The position numbers and the translations under genes are program-made. From IMG/VR virus record IMGVR_UViG_3300033183_000491, positions 175,551 through 239,550 of that record: a stretch of 64,000 nt of DNA. One strand, 5' to 3'. Numbering within the stretch: position 1 is the stretch's first letter; each line of letters begins with the position of its first letter. Positions 29,063 through 38,724 of this stretch are shown here, one piece after another. The notes beneath the pieces are model-generated. The model saw nothing but the letters and a program-made list of their open reading frames with translations, made no database searches and had not been told where the DNA came from.

Positions 29063-29811
29063 GATTAATCCAGATTAAAAGATAAATTAAAATTTTTGTT
29101 TTTGTTTAAGAGTTTAATAATACTCAAATCATCTTTAAAGAAAGCATAGGAAAGAGAAATTTCGACATCCTTCCAATTTATTTCTTTATCACTCTTACTC
29201 AAATAATCTAAAGAAGACATTTGTTTTAAATCGTCTTCTTCGAAATCAGGAGTCATTTGACTCATTTCAATACCCGGATCTTCTTTTGCGCTTTTAATAG
29301 ATTTTTGATCAATATCCATTTTAACAGAATGTAAATTAGATTCAATTTTCGATCTTTCTAAAAATTTATCCCAAACTCTTTTAGCATCTTGAGAAACTGT
29401 TCTTCTATCTGAAAGAAGTGCTCCTGGTTGCATTAACAAACTAGAAATTACTTCTAAACCTATTTCATAAACTAAAGGACCAAACCCTTTTTCTGCTCTT
29501 GAATTTCCTACTTGATATGCCCTTCTTTTTTTAGAAAGCTTCACACCTTTTTCATCAACACCTACAACCCACTTTCGTGTCTCTTTTCCTTTTCTTTCTA
29601 ATCTATCAGCTAACATAAAATTAATATAAGCTACATTGTTTCCTTTAATATTAATTCTAACTGAAAATCCAGACGATCCACTTATACTCTCAACCAGTAT
29701 GTCAACAACCTCTCCCGATTTGCTCAATCTATTAATTATATTTGCTATTTTATTGTTAACAACAACATTTTCAAATAATAAAACTTCTTTTATATAGTTT
29801 TCTAATATCAT
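29020..29811 (-). repeat. 43-bp identical direct repeat at 29020-29062 and 29769-29811
   Basis: TTTCAAATAATAAAACTTCTTTTATATAGTTTTCTAATATCAT at both 5' gene ends. Confidence 0.9.
29065..29811 (-). CDS. GNAT-like hypothetical protein with MILENYIKEVLLFE N-terminus
   Basis: SRAEKGFGPLVYE...LLSD...SQDAKRVW resembles acetyltransferase motifs A/B. Confidence 0.55.
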   Translation of the reverse strand: MILENYIKEVLLFENVVVNNKIANIINRLSKSGEVVDILVESISGSSGFSVRINIKGNNVAYINFMLADRLERKGKETRKWVVGVDEKGVKLSKKRRAYQVGNSRAEKGFGPLVYEIGLEVISSLLMQPGALLSDRRTVSQDAKRVWDKFLERSKIESNLHSVKMDIDQKSIKSAKEDPGIEMSQMTPDFEEDDLKQMSSLDYLSKSDKEINWKDVEISLSYAFFKDDLSIIKLLNKNKNFNLSFNLD

Positions 29812-31100
29812 ATTTTTACTCTGCTTTAATTTTTATCTACTAAACTATATATTCTAATCAATATAGCAAATTTATTAAAACAGAGCAAAATTAAAAACTT
29901 GAATTCAAACAATCTCTTTCTTTATTTTATTATATAAAATTAATTCGCTCACACACGTAAACCCTTTCAAACCATCAAATCGTTATCCAAATTAATCTCA
30001 GATTACTCTTTAATACCCAACACCATAAAACATATATAAATCTCTCAAACACTCTTCTCACACAATTCTCAAATCAATCACACCCAATGCGACGCCCTCT
30101 CAAGCGCCGCTCGCTCTATCGCCACTCGCTCTACCTTAACTCCATCAACACTCTTCATAAGGATTTGTTCAACACTAAATCATTACACAGTTTAATCTAC
30201 AATCACTCTTTTTAATCTTTTTAATTAAACACACATAAATCACAAAAACACTCTTCTCACGCAAATCTCGATTCAAATTCAACACAAATCACACAAAAGT
30301 CTCGACCTCACCCTCACCCTTCAGCAAACTCAAAAACTTTTCCAAATTTTTCTCCGGAAATTTTTTCACTTTTTCAACTTTTTACTTTTCAACTCTCAAA
30401 TACTTTTTTACCCCAAACGTCTCACGTTTCTCACACTTTTCAACACTTCTTCTCACAATCAACACTTAACACTCTCTCTCTCACACACATACACACATAT
30501 ACCACATGTATTCACTTATACTACATCTTTGGTATGAAAAGTTATCTCCGGAAAAATGTGGGAAGCGGACTTGGCCGGGCCCCAAATATACACCCAGAGA
30601 GTTATCGCTGGGGGCCTTCTGAGGGGGGCCCAGAAGGGGCGTCTTAGAGCGCCGGGGCGTAGGGATATACACGTGGCGATTGGCGATGGGGATATGGACT
30701 GTACGTGTATATTTGAAATGGATGGATTATAATAAACCATAAGGAAGGGGATTGGAACAACGGATTCCAAAGGATGGTAAGGCCAAGGCCTCCAGGACCT
30801 ACCCCGGATAAAACTGAAAGTTTGAATGACCAAAGGATCCTATTAAAAGGTGTATATTATTAATCGGTGGATTATAATAAACCATAAGGATTAAACATTG
30901 GTTTAAAACTTCAGGTCTTTGAAAACACAGGAAAACGGTTGGTTTGGGGATTGGAATGACTCTGGTCCTCGGTGTGAGAAAACCAACTGATAAAAGGCAA
31001 GTCATATTAGGTGTATATATAAATACCTTAGGTTATAATATGACCATAAGGCAAATTGGTTTTTGGCCTTAACCCCTTGGATAATGAAAGGAGGAGCTCG
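29812..31100. other. Long non-coding divergence region, strongly C/A-skewed then a GC-rich block; candidate origin/terminus region
   Basis: Gene orientation flips here; no credible ORF; repeats ACACT(T)CTTCTCAC and TCTCCGGAAAA. Confidence 0.55.
30705..31051 (+). promoter_or_regulatory. Three tandem copies of the promoter motif at the head of the right arm
   Basis: 30705-30744, 30850-30889, 31011-31051. Confidence 0.85.
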
Positions 31101-31175
31101 GTGATAGAATTGATCCCTATCATGTTAGGACTATTATTCCTCTCGATACCAATCTCGTTGATAATATATTGGTAA
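31101..31175 (+). CDS. 24-aa hydrophobic peptide
   Basis: GTG start with AGGAGG SD: MIELIPIMLGLLFLSIPISLIIYW. Confidence 0.5.
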   Translation: MIELIPIMLGLLFLSIPISLIIYW

Positions 31176-31247
31176 GTGTAATCTCTAAACAATCCTGTTA
31201 TAATAACTCGTACCTTCCATACATTTCTAAATACAAAAGGAGTTCTT

Positions 31248-31829
31248 ATGAACATTGACAATCCAACACTCATCCAACAGCTCTTCCAAGAATTCGTCTC
31301 CAATGGGGGAAAGCCTCAGATCACATCTTTCCGGACACACCTCGAAGGTCTTATGAAGAATGAGATTAAACCACTTTGTGGCTCATCACGACGCCTCGCT
31401 CCCGGAGCTCATGACTGGAGGGACGAACTTAATGCAAGGTTTGGAGGACGAGGGGCTAAGTGGCAATTTGTCTCTCTCGAGGAAATTGCTCCCACTCTTG
31501 ACGGGTTCGACGAGGAAGGCATCGATACGACTGAATACCGGATGTGGACCCAGTCGCAAGGAAAAGCTTGGATTCGTTACCTTAAGCCTCGCATCGTCAA
31601 TGGTCAGAATGTGGCGGCATTTACGGTCCATACACTGGGGTCAACGATCTTCCAGCCTCACCAACTCCACTTTATCCCGGTCGATCGTTTGGATGAGACC
31701 ATCACTCCTCTCGGGGGAACACCATTCTCCCACAAACTCGAGGAATCCATCACAATCTCTGATGAGGACCCTGTCGTCGAGGATACACTGGAGGATACCG
31801 AGGTTGACGATGATGACCTCATCGGGTAA
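31248..31829 (+). CDS. Early paralog family member 1 (GRGAKW / GKAWIR family)
   Basis: AAGGAG SD; near full-length similarity to 34587..35219. Confidence 0.8.
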   Translation: MNIDNPTLIQQLFQEFVSNGGKPQITSFRTHLEGLMKNEIKPLCGSSRRLAPGAHDWRDELNARFGGRGAKWQFVSLEEIAPTLDGFDEEGIDTTEYRMWTQSQGKAWIRYLKPRIVNGQNVAAFTVHTLGSTIFQPHQLHFIPVDRLDETITPLGGTPFSHKLEESITISDEDPVVEDTLEDTEVDDDDLIG

Positions 31830-31992
31830 GGGGTAGGAGGGGATTGGGAGGATTATCTCTCGATCGTACAAATCACTCAGACGGCGATATAATCGTTCGA
31901 TGAGTGTAACATTAAATGATCTAGTCTATAATATAGATGTAGGTCAATCGTTGAAACATTCACTCTCTCATTCAGTCTGAAAGGACAAACTC

Positions 31993-32493
31993 ATGGAAAC
32001 GATCTTCGACAAATACACAGAGATTCGCAATTACGCTGACTTCGCTCATTCGATCTACAAGATGAAAGGATTCTGCCCTGAATACCGTGAGGCTCGAAAG
32101 CCCGTCAAAGAGATCGTTGACTCTCTCGATCCTGCCCTCATTGAGAGGTTCAGGAAGGCTCAACGATGGGTCGATCAAAACCACCCACTCGTTGGCTGCA
32201 ACTCGACCTGGTCAAATTGCAAGTCGAAGGAGGACATCATGCTTGATTACCTCGGACTCAGCGAATTCCGTGTCGATCGTCTGAGAAAAGACGAAGAGTT
32301 CAAGAAGTCCGATGTTTCGTCGAAACAGATGATCGTTGATGGCTTTAGGTATTACGAGGCTCTCCTCGACAAAGAGAGGGACATCCTTTCAGCTGGTGAC
32401 GTTGACATCTCGCACACTGACCGGATGGAGGAGGCGATCAGGACAATGCTTCTTTCGTTGAGTGACTACGACGACAACCTTGACGCTCTTTGA
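31993..32493 (+). CDS. Hypothetical protein
   Basis: Promoter 31904, AAGGA SD. Confidence 0.7.
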   Translation: METIFDKYTEIRNYADFAHSIYKMKGFCPEYREARKPVKEIVDSLDPALIERFRKAQRWVDQNHPLVGCNSTWSNCKSKEDIMLDYLGLSEFRVDRLRKDEEFKKSDVSSKQMIVDGFRYYEALLDKERDILSAGDVDISHTDRMEEAIRTMLLSLSDYDDNLDAL

Positions 32494-32728
32494 GAAAAGG
32501 ATTCTGAATGTTTCTTCTAGTCGTTACAATCTTCACATTCGTTTGCTACACTTATCTTCGCATGCTTTGGCTTATGACTAAGCTTCTCCCGATCACTCTC
32601 AAGACGATGTACTTCATCTGAGCTTGACTCGATCATCACACCTCTCGATTCGTCAACTTTTCAAAAGTGTAAATTGACTTAGTCATTGATATAATCAACA
32701 AAAACATTTAAACAAACGAGGAAAACAC

Positions 32729-33028
32729 TTGAATCACACAGTTTTAACACTCATCACATCTTTCTGTCTTTCATCTCTTGCATACCACGCATCACAGGAT
32801 CAAGTTGAGATCTTGGAGTTTGACCCAATCGTTATTACTGCTCAGCACTCGACGATTGTCTTTGAAGAGACAGAGATTCGATCTGATGGTGACGCTGAAG
32901 GGATTGATTGGGATCACAATGAAGAGTTCTGGTGCGCAACGCATCCTGATGAATGTCTCATCGATACAAATCTTCAGGGAGGCGACGATGATGACGACGA
33001 TGACTCTGACGAAGAGTTTGGTTGCTAA
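32729..33028 (+). CDS. Secreted/membrane-anchored acidic protein
   Basis: TTG start, hydrophobic leader, poly-Asp tail. Confidence 0.6.
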   Translation: MNHTVLTLITSFCLSSLAYHASQDQVEILEFDPIVITAQHSTIVFEETEIRSDGDAEGIDWDHNEEFWCATHPDECLIDTNLQGGDDDDDDDSDEEFGC

Positions 33029-33113
33029 GACTTAAATTGGTTTGTGTACTTTATTTCGGACACTGATATAATAAAACGTACGGTTAATCTTCACACACTC
33101 AAAGGACATTCAA

Positions 33114-33488
33114 ATGAGAAACAACAAAAAGATCTGGACAAGAGAAGAGATCAATCAGATGATTATGCTTAATGATCACGCCGTTGAGAGAGCAATCGTT
33201 CGACTATATAAGGCACAGACTCAAGATGAAACTCTTCAGTCCAGATCAAAGCATCGCAATGGTCGAGGTTTCAACGCAGCTCACGCAAAATCTGGGACTC
33301 TCATCGCTCAGTGGATCTTGGGTCTTGATGGCAAGAATCGTCAAAGATACGAGCCTAAGAGTCTTCTACACCCAAGATGTTCAAAGCTTCTTGGTCCACG
33401 CATCAACTGTTTCAATGTGATCGCTAAAGCTAGGAAGATCGCGCTCATCCATTCATCACAACTCGTTGAGATTGCTAACAATCGTTAA
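33114..33488 (+). CDS. Hypothetical phage protein
   Basis: ND.AVERAIVRLY..QT.DE...NGRGFN; promoter 33044. Confidence 0.7.
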   Translation: MRNNKKIWTREEINQMIMLNDHAVERAIVRLYKAQTQDETLQSRSKHRNGRGFNAAHAKSGTLIAQWILGLDGKNRQRYEPKSLLHPRCSKLLGPRINCFNVIAKARKIALIHSSQLVEIANNR

Positions 33489-33501
33489 GAAAGAGGTTAT
33501 C

Positions 33502-33597
33502 ATGCTAACACTCACAGATTATGCGGCTTATGGGGGAATCATTTTAGCTTGCATCCTTGCTCTTGCCTTTATCTACGTTTTCATCGTTGAGATGTAG
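33502..33597 (+). CDS. 31-aa TM peptide
   Basis: GAGG SD; MLTLTDYAAYGGIILACILALAFIYVFIVEM. Confidence 0.55.
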   Translation: MLTLTDYAAYGGIILACILALAFIYVFIVEM

Positions 33598-33697
33598 TAA
33601 TCATAGAATTCATCGGTTTGATAGTGTATATTGAATCGTTGAATAGTATAATAACTCATCAATCATATTAATCTAATCAAACAAAGGAATCATTCAG

Positions 33698-33913
33698 ATG
33701 GATGTTAACACAAAGCCTAGAAAGCAAAGACGACGTCTAACAGATAAACCAGCTCACACAGTTTGGTCTGAAAAGCTTGACAAAGGAGGATACATTATCT
33801 TTGCAGGGATTCGAGGAACAGACGCTAAGACTATCGCTGGAGGAGCAACAAGTGAGGAAACTCTTGAGTACAACATGAGGAAAGCAAAGCTCAAGTTTGG
33901 TCTCAAACTCTAG
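33698..33913 (+). CDS. Basic hypothetical protein
   Basis: Promoter 33624, AAGGA SD. Confidence 0.65.
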   Translation: MDVNTKPRKQRRRLTDKPAHTVWSEKLDKGGYIIFAGIRGTDAKTIAGGATSEETLEYNMRKAKLKFGLKL

Positions 33914-34032
33914 GATGCTCGAGGTTTATACCTCATGCTTCGTCAATTTTCCAAAGTGTATATTTAGATATCCTATATTATAATAAACCACAAGGTCCAT
34001 TAAACTTAACTTCTTCATCTAAAGGACACAAT

Positions 34033-34254
34033 ATGAATAATATTACTAAAGACCAATACCTCAGTCTTCTTCAAGGAGACTTTCCTTCATCACTCGACGA
34101 GGACCTCAAGATGGACATTCCTCAAGATGGTGCAATTCTTCTCGTCGAGGAAGATGGTCAATACTACTTTGATGGAATTGAACTTAATGAACTAAGCGAT
34201 GAGGAGATTGAGGAATCTAAAGGATACGGCAAGATTGTCTACATTAAGATCTAA
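34033..34254 (+). CDS. Acidic hypothetical protein
   Basis: Promoter 33956, AAGGA SD. Confidence 0.65.
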   Translation: MNNITKDQYLSLLQGDFPSSLDEDLKMDIPQDGAILLVEEDGQYYFDGIELNELSDEEIEESKGYGKIVYIKI

Positions 34255-34338
34255 TAAATAAAGTGTATATGTGGTTTAGGAGGTTTATAATAAACCATAA
34301 GGTCCATTTAATAAACTTCTTCATCTAAGGGATATTAT

Positions 34339-34404
34339 TTTGAACAAAGTAAAAGCTCGCAAATCTATCCATTTGAACAAAGTAAAAGCTCGCAAATCTA
34401 TCCA
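34339..34404 (+). repeat. Perfect 33-bp tandem duplication
   Basis: TTTGAACAAAGTAAAAGCTCGCAAATCTATCCA x2. Confidence 0.95.
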
Positions 34405-34516
34405 AAAGCTACTTGACAAAGCTAAGAAAGCTCAGGCTTCTGGTAATCATAAAGAATCACTTCAACTTTTAGAAGATGCACATCAACTAAGCTTATGGAT
34501 TAAAGATAGAGGATAA
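34340..34516 (+). CDS. 58-aa basic protein with duplicated N-terminus
   Basis: TTG start after promoter 34263; MNKVKARKSIHLNKVKARKSIQ... Confidence 0.55.
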   Translation: MNKVKARKSIHLNKVKARKSIQKLLDKAKKAQASGNHKESLQLLEDAHQLSLWIKDRG

Positions 34517-34586
34517 TCAATAAAGTGTAACTTTCAAACTTTATTGGTATAATAACTCATCACCCCTTAAATAAAAGGACAACGCA

Positions 34587-35219
34587 ATGACTAACTCAAA
34601 CATTCAATCAGACAATCAAAACGAGGAGATCAACATGTCAACAATTCAAACACTTTTTCAAGAATATCTATCTGATGGCGGCAAACCACAGGTCACATCC
34701 TTTAGGGTTCACATCGAGGCTCTCATCAAGAAAGAGATTAAACCACTTTGTGGAAGATCCGGAAAGTCTGTTGGTGATAATGATTGGAGGACTCAACTCA
34801 TTGAACGCTTCAAGGGACGAGGAGCAAAATGGCAATTTGTCTCTCTCGAAGAGATTGCTCCCACTCTTGATCGGTTTGACACAGAAGGGGTTGATACAGA
34901 AGATTACAGACAATGGACTCAATCTCAAGGAAAAGCTTGGATTAGGTTTATGGCTCCCCGATTAAATAATGGAGTTAAGTCTGCTGCTTTTACAGTTCAC
35001 ACTCTTGGTTCAACAATCTATCAGCCACACCAGGTCCATTACATTGAGCTTGATAGATTGGATGAAGTTATTACACCACTTGATTCAACACCACATGCAT
35101 TAAAACTCGAGGAATCTATTCAACCAGATGAAGATCAGATGACAGACATTCAGACTGAGCTTGGACAAGAGGTTTATCCGGCTGAAATGGATTGTCTAGA
35201 TGATGATCTAGGTCTATAA
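34587..35219 (+). CDS. Early paralog family member 2
   Basis: FKGRGAKWQFVSLEEIAPTLD...QGKAWIRF; promoter 34525. Confidence 0.8.
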   Translation: MTNSNIQSDNQNEEINMSTIQTLFQEYLSDGGKPQVTSFRVHIEALIKKEIKPLCGRSGKSVGDNDWRTQLIERFKGRGAKWQFVSLEEIAPTLDRFDTEGVDTEDYRQWTQSQGKAWIRFMAPRLNNGVKSAAFTVHTLGSTIYQPHQVHYIELDRLDEVITPLDSTPHALKLEESIQPDEDQMTDIQTELGQEVYPAEMDCLDDDLGL

Positions 35220-35402
35220 AGGACTTGGGGATAATCTTCTAATCTCTTTAACTCTTCACCCTCAAAGATGACTTGATGTTGCCACCCTTGGCAGCGTCAA
35301 CTCGATAAGTGTATATTTTCTCAACATTGAGTATAATATATTATAAGGCATTTACCTTTAACATTCAATCAAAACATTCAGTCAATCGATAAGGAGAATA
35401 AT

Positions 35403-35693
35403 ATGTCAAGTAAAAACATGATCGAGGTACAATGGGAGTTTGACATCGTCACAGACGAAGAGCTTCAGCGACGACTTGGATTAACAGAAGGAGAGGTTTA
35501 CGAGATCATCGATGAAGATGATGGTGCGGAGAGGTTGAACATGATGTGTGCCCAAGAGATGGAAGTTCCGGTTTACATTAACCTTGATCTTTTCTTTGAT
35601 GATCCAAGATCAGTTGACGAAGACGAGATTACAGAAACTCTTTCAGATGAATATGGTTGGTTGGTCGATAGCTGGGAGTGGTCAAACGATTAA
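35403..35693 (+). CDS. Highly acidic hypothetical protein
   Basis: AAGGAG SD; promoter 35309; LSDEYGWLV tail. Confidence 0.7.
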   Translation: MSSKNMIEVQWEFDIVTDEELQRRLGLTEGEVYEIIDEDDGAERLNMMCAQEMEVPVYINLDLFFDDPRSVDEDEITETLSDEYGWLVDSWEWSND

Positions 35694-35800
35694 TCATTCT
35701 TATATTATCAAATGTGTATATAAGATTATGTCTGTTTATAATAAACCATAAGGTCCATTTAATCTATCCAATAACCTTTAAAAGAGAAAACAGAGATCAA

Positions 35801-36031
35801 ATGAGTGATTCTAAATATCTTAATATCTATAATGAGTGGAAGACCAGAGCAATTAAGGAAGGATTCACATTCAATCAGTTTTGGGAACATTATAATCTTT
35901 ACATTGACCCGATGAATGCACAGCCTGAAGAATGTGCAATTGCTGCCAAACTTTCTTATAGATCACTTATTGAGACAAGAAATGCAGAAACACAATTAAA
36001 CAGACAGTTGGAGACAGCACAATGGATCTAA
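35801..36031 (+). CDS. Hypothetical protein
   Basis: Start revised to ATG downstream of promoter 35714. Confidence 0.6.
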   Translation: MSDSKYLNIYNEWKTRAIKEGFTFNQFWEHYNLYIDPMNAQPEECAIAAKLSYRSLIETRNAETQLNRQLETAQWI

Positions 36032-36252
36032 TCAAATATCTTAAAGAGTTTTTATATGGAGTTGCTGCAGTTTCTGTTGTCTTTGCTTCAGCAGTCATTG
36101 CTTTAACAATCTTTATGTTCCCATTCATATTCTGTGCACTTGTTGAATACGAGACAGGAATGACTTGGCTTGGAATAACTTTTATCTTGCCGTCATATGC
36201 ATGCATGTATGTTATCGCACGACACTTTAATCTAATCGAATTCGAAGACTAA
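36022..36252 (+). CDS. Two-TM membrane protein
   Basis: Two hydrophobic segments. Confidence 0.6.
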   Translation: MDLIKYLKEFLYGVAAVSVVFASAVIALTIFMFPFIFCALVEYETGMTWLGITFILPSYACMYVIARHFNLIEFED

Positions 36253-36275
36253 TCAAATCACAAACGAGGTTCTAA

Positions 36276-36572
36276 ATGAATGATCAAGACATCACCTTTA
36301 AAACAAACTCTGATGGATCAATCCTTGCTTGGCCAGCTCCAACAGGTCCGGCAACAGAAGTTAATCGGCCTCTTGAAGAAAGATTACAATATTATTCAGC
36401 AACTCACACACTCAAAGTCGATCACAGTTTATTTGTCCCGAAGAAAGAAACTGTCGAACTAATCTTAGAAGCTTGGGATGAAGCTCAATGTAATCTCGTT
36501 GTCGATGAAGATTCTTATTATGAATATCCTATCGATCCTTCTTGGACTTACTCCGACATTTATTCATATTAA
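36276..36572 (+). CDS. Hypothetical protein
   Basis: GAGG SD. Confidence 0.6.
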   Translation: MNDQDITFKTNSDGSILAWPAPTGPATEVNRPLEERLQYYSATHTLKVDHSLFVPKKETVELILEAWDEAQCNLVVDEDSYYEYPIDPSWTYSDIYSY

Positions 36573-36594
36573 TAAATAACACGAGGTATATAAC

Positions 36595-36771
36595 ATGTTA
36601 TCACCGCTTGAATTTGAATTTTGGCAAGCAGCTATTCCTCCTATTTGTATGTTGACAATCCCGATCATGATTACGTCTGGAGCTTCTGTTTGGAGAGCTT
36701 TTCTTACTTCATCAGTTGTTTATCTTATTATTGTTCTAGTTGTTGCTTGCGACATCCAATCTTTTAACTAA
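36595..36771 (+). CDS. 58-aa membrane protein
   Basis: GAGG SD; hydrophobic; below track cutoff. Confidence 0.55.
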   Translation: MLSPLEFEFWQAAIPPICMLTIPIMITSGASVWRAFLTSSVVYLIIVLVVACDIQSFN

Positions 36772-37005
36772 CTTTTAGTTGTTTTGCCCCTCACACGTCT
36801 CGTCTCATCATCAGGGCTTCTGGAAACGATTTGAACTACTTTCCGCGAGATCTTTTTCTAGTTTTTTTCTTCTACTTTTTTTGTGATTCATTTCTTATTA
36901 AGATTGAGAATCACAGATAATCTATAATGTGTATATTTCCTCAATGTTGAGTATAATATATCATAAGGCATTTGAATTTACAACTTAATCTTTAAAAGGA
37001 TAATA

Positions 37006-37170
37006 ATGAAAGCTTCAACTATTTACAATATTTCTTCAACAATTTGTTTTATTCTTTCTCTTTACTTCTTTTATCAGGTCTCGCCTTTATATGCTCTCAT
37101 CATGTCAATCATTCTCCTCGCCTCAGAAGTTATGGTTTGTTATAAAACTCAAAATGTGTATTTAGATTAA
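37006..37170 (+). CDS. 54-aa two-TM protein
   Basis: Promoter 36929, AAGGA SD. Confidence 0.55.
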   Translation: MKASTIYNISSTICFILSLYFFYQVSPLYALIMSIILLASEVMVCYKTQNVYLD

Positions 37171-37248
37171 CTCTGTTTTATAATATTATATCAATCCATT
37201 AAAACCTATTAACCAACACCAAAACATTAAACAGAAAGAAAACTGCTT

Positions 37249-37617
37249 ATGTCTATCAATATCAATAATAATCCTCAAAGATATTTCTCCATTGATTACA
37301 GATCTTGTCCTTCAGGTGTTGGAACAATCATTGATCCAGATGGTCAAACTCTTGTTACTTCTCCAGATTCAGGCCCAGAAACAATTGAGGAAGCTTACAA
37401 TATCTTTGGTGATTATTACAACTTTGTCATCCACATCAACAAAAGCTTCGGTGAAGATCCCCAATCAGCTCATAAAGATCTCCAAAAGGTTTTAACTAAG
37501 TCTAATATTTCTCATGTTCACGATTTAGAACTCGCTTATGAATATCCTGATAAACACACTAACGGATTCTTTGAAACTAATACTTGGTCTTCTATCATCA
37601 ACAATATGATTAACTGA
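37249..37617 (+). CDS. Hypothetical protein
   Basis: Promoter 37156. Confidence 0.65.
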   Translation: MSININNNPQRYFSIDYRSCPSGVGTIIDPDGQTLVTSPDSGPETIEEAYNIFGDYYNFVIHINKSFGEDPQSAHKDLQKVLTKSNISHVHDLELAYEYPDKHTNGFFETNTWSSIINNMIN

Positions 37618-37632
37618 AAGGGGTATTACACC

Positions 37633-37725
37633 ATGCACATTTCAGAACTATCTAATAGTGAACTCATTACAGCTTGCGCTATTTCTATGTTTTTTCTCTG
37701 GTATCTCATCAGAGCTCTTGAATAA
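37633..37725 (+). CDS. 30-aa TM peptide ending WYLIRALE
   Basis: Paralog of 41688..41774. Confidence 0.65.
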   Translation: MHISELSNSELITACAISMFFLWYLIRALE

Positions 37726-37919
37726 ATCTTACTTGACCTACACACCCCATCGCATCATCATGAGTTCTAGATCTGACGATTTTAACTACTTTTCCGTAGA
37801 TCTCGAGTCAAAAAAAGTTTTATATATTTTTTAGTGTAAATATGAAATATTAGAGTTATAATAAACCATAATCCAATATATCAATCAAACAATCTCTCAA
37901 TCTAAATAAAGGATTCAAA

Positions 37920-38249
37920 ATGGATAACAATAAACAAACAGCTGCAGAAATCTTGTTCGATACAATCAAATCTTTTTCTCATCTCAATCAAATCACTCAA
38001 TTCGCCCTTGGTCAAGGATGGGATCCAGATTTTGTTGAAGACGAAGATTCAGAAACATACTCTACAAATATGGAACTAGAAGTTCTTATGTCTGAAATTG
38101 ATGGGGCTCGTCACATCGCAAATCTATCTCGAAGACCTTCTCGACAACTCAAAATCTTACTGATCGATAAATATAATGTGGTTGCTGATACCATTCACAA
38201 CACAATCTATTCAGACGATTCTTGTCCTTCTCACACCATCAAATACTAA
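37920..38249 (+). CDS. Hypothetical protein
   Basis: Promoter 37834, AAGGA SD. Confidence 0.65.
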   Translation: MDNNKQTAAEILFDTIKSFSHLNQITQFALGQGWDPDFVEDEDSETYSTNMELEVLMSEIDGARHIANLSRRPSRQLKILLIDKYNVVADTIHNTIYSDDSCPSHTIKY

Positions 38250-38358
38250 TCACAATGACTCGATTAACATACCTATCGGGTCATCAACTCGGATGTGTAA
38301 ATAAGATATCTCTTGATTATAATATAACATAATCACCTTCAATCACAAAGGATTCACA

Positions 38359-38724
38359 TTGAACAATCAAATCACTCTAAGTCAATGGAATACATTAATC
38401 AACACAATCAAAGAATCTCCCTCAACAAAAGCTGAACATCCAGAAGTTCTCTACATCCAAGAAGAATCTTTCGGCCAAAACACTCGTCATTCAGTCTACG
38501 ATAACTTTGATCGCCACTATATTCCAGGTCTTGATCTCGTTATATCTCCAAACTCAAACATAGGAACACTCACTGTTTATAACGGCTCAGAACAAGCTAG
38601 AGCTCCTATCTCTTTCGATGATGCTCTCCAGATTGCTCAAAACTTCTTCAACGAATATGGAGGACATATGGCTGAACAGATTGTTTGCGACTGGGTCATG
38701 GATGGTAACGACTCGGTCTTTTAA
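38359..38724 (+). CDS. Hypothetical protein
   Basis: Promoter 38295, AAGGA SD, TTG start. Confidence 0.65.
   Translation: MNNQITLSQWNTLINTIKESPSTKAEHPEVLYIQEESFGQNTRHSVYDNFDRHYIPGLDLVISPNSNIGTLTVYNGSEQARAPISFDDALQIAQNFFNEYGGHMAEQIVCDWVMDGNDSVF

Noticed and set aside
2612-29900. A late-promoter motif (TAATTA/TATATA-like) in left-arm intergenic regions
   Set aside because: Too AT-rich and inconsistent in position to separate from background by eye
6-30000. Many short plus-strand ORFs in the track (e.g. 6..317, 456..692, 1380..1652, 3450..3764, 7712..7951, 9993..10223, 22325..22594)
   Set aside because: Antisense shadows of longer, motif-bearing minus-strand genes; no SD or recognisable content
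30770-30862. 29-aa ORF MVRPRPPGPT... between promoters 1 and 2
   Set aside because: The putative SD abuts the ATG, the ORF runs into the next promoter, and it has no supporting features
30481-31303. Minus-strand ORFs 30481..30672, 30516..30833, 30799..31005, 31028..31303
   Set aside because: They run antisense through the tandem promoters and GC block, with atypical composition and no SD
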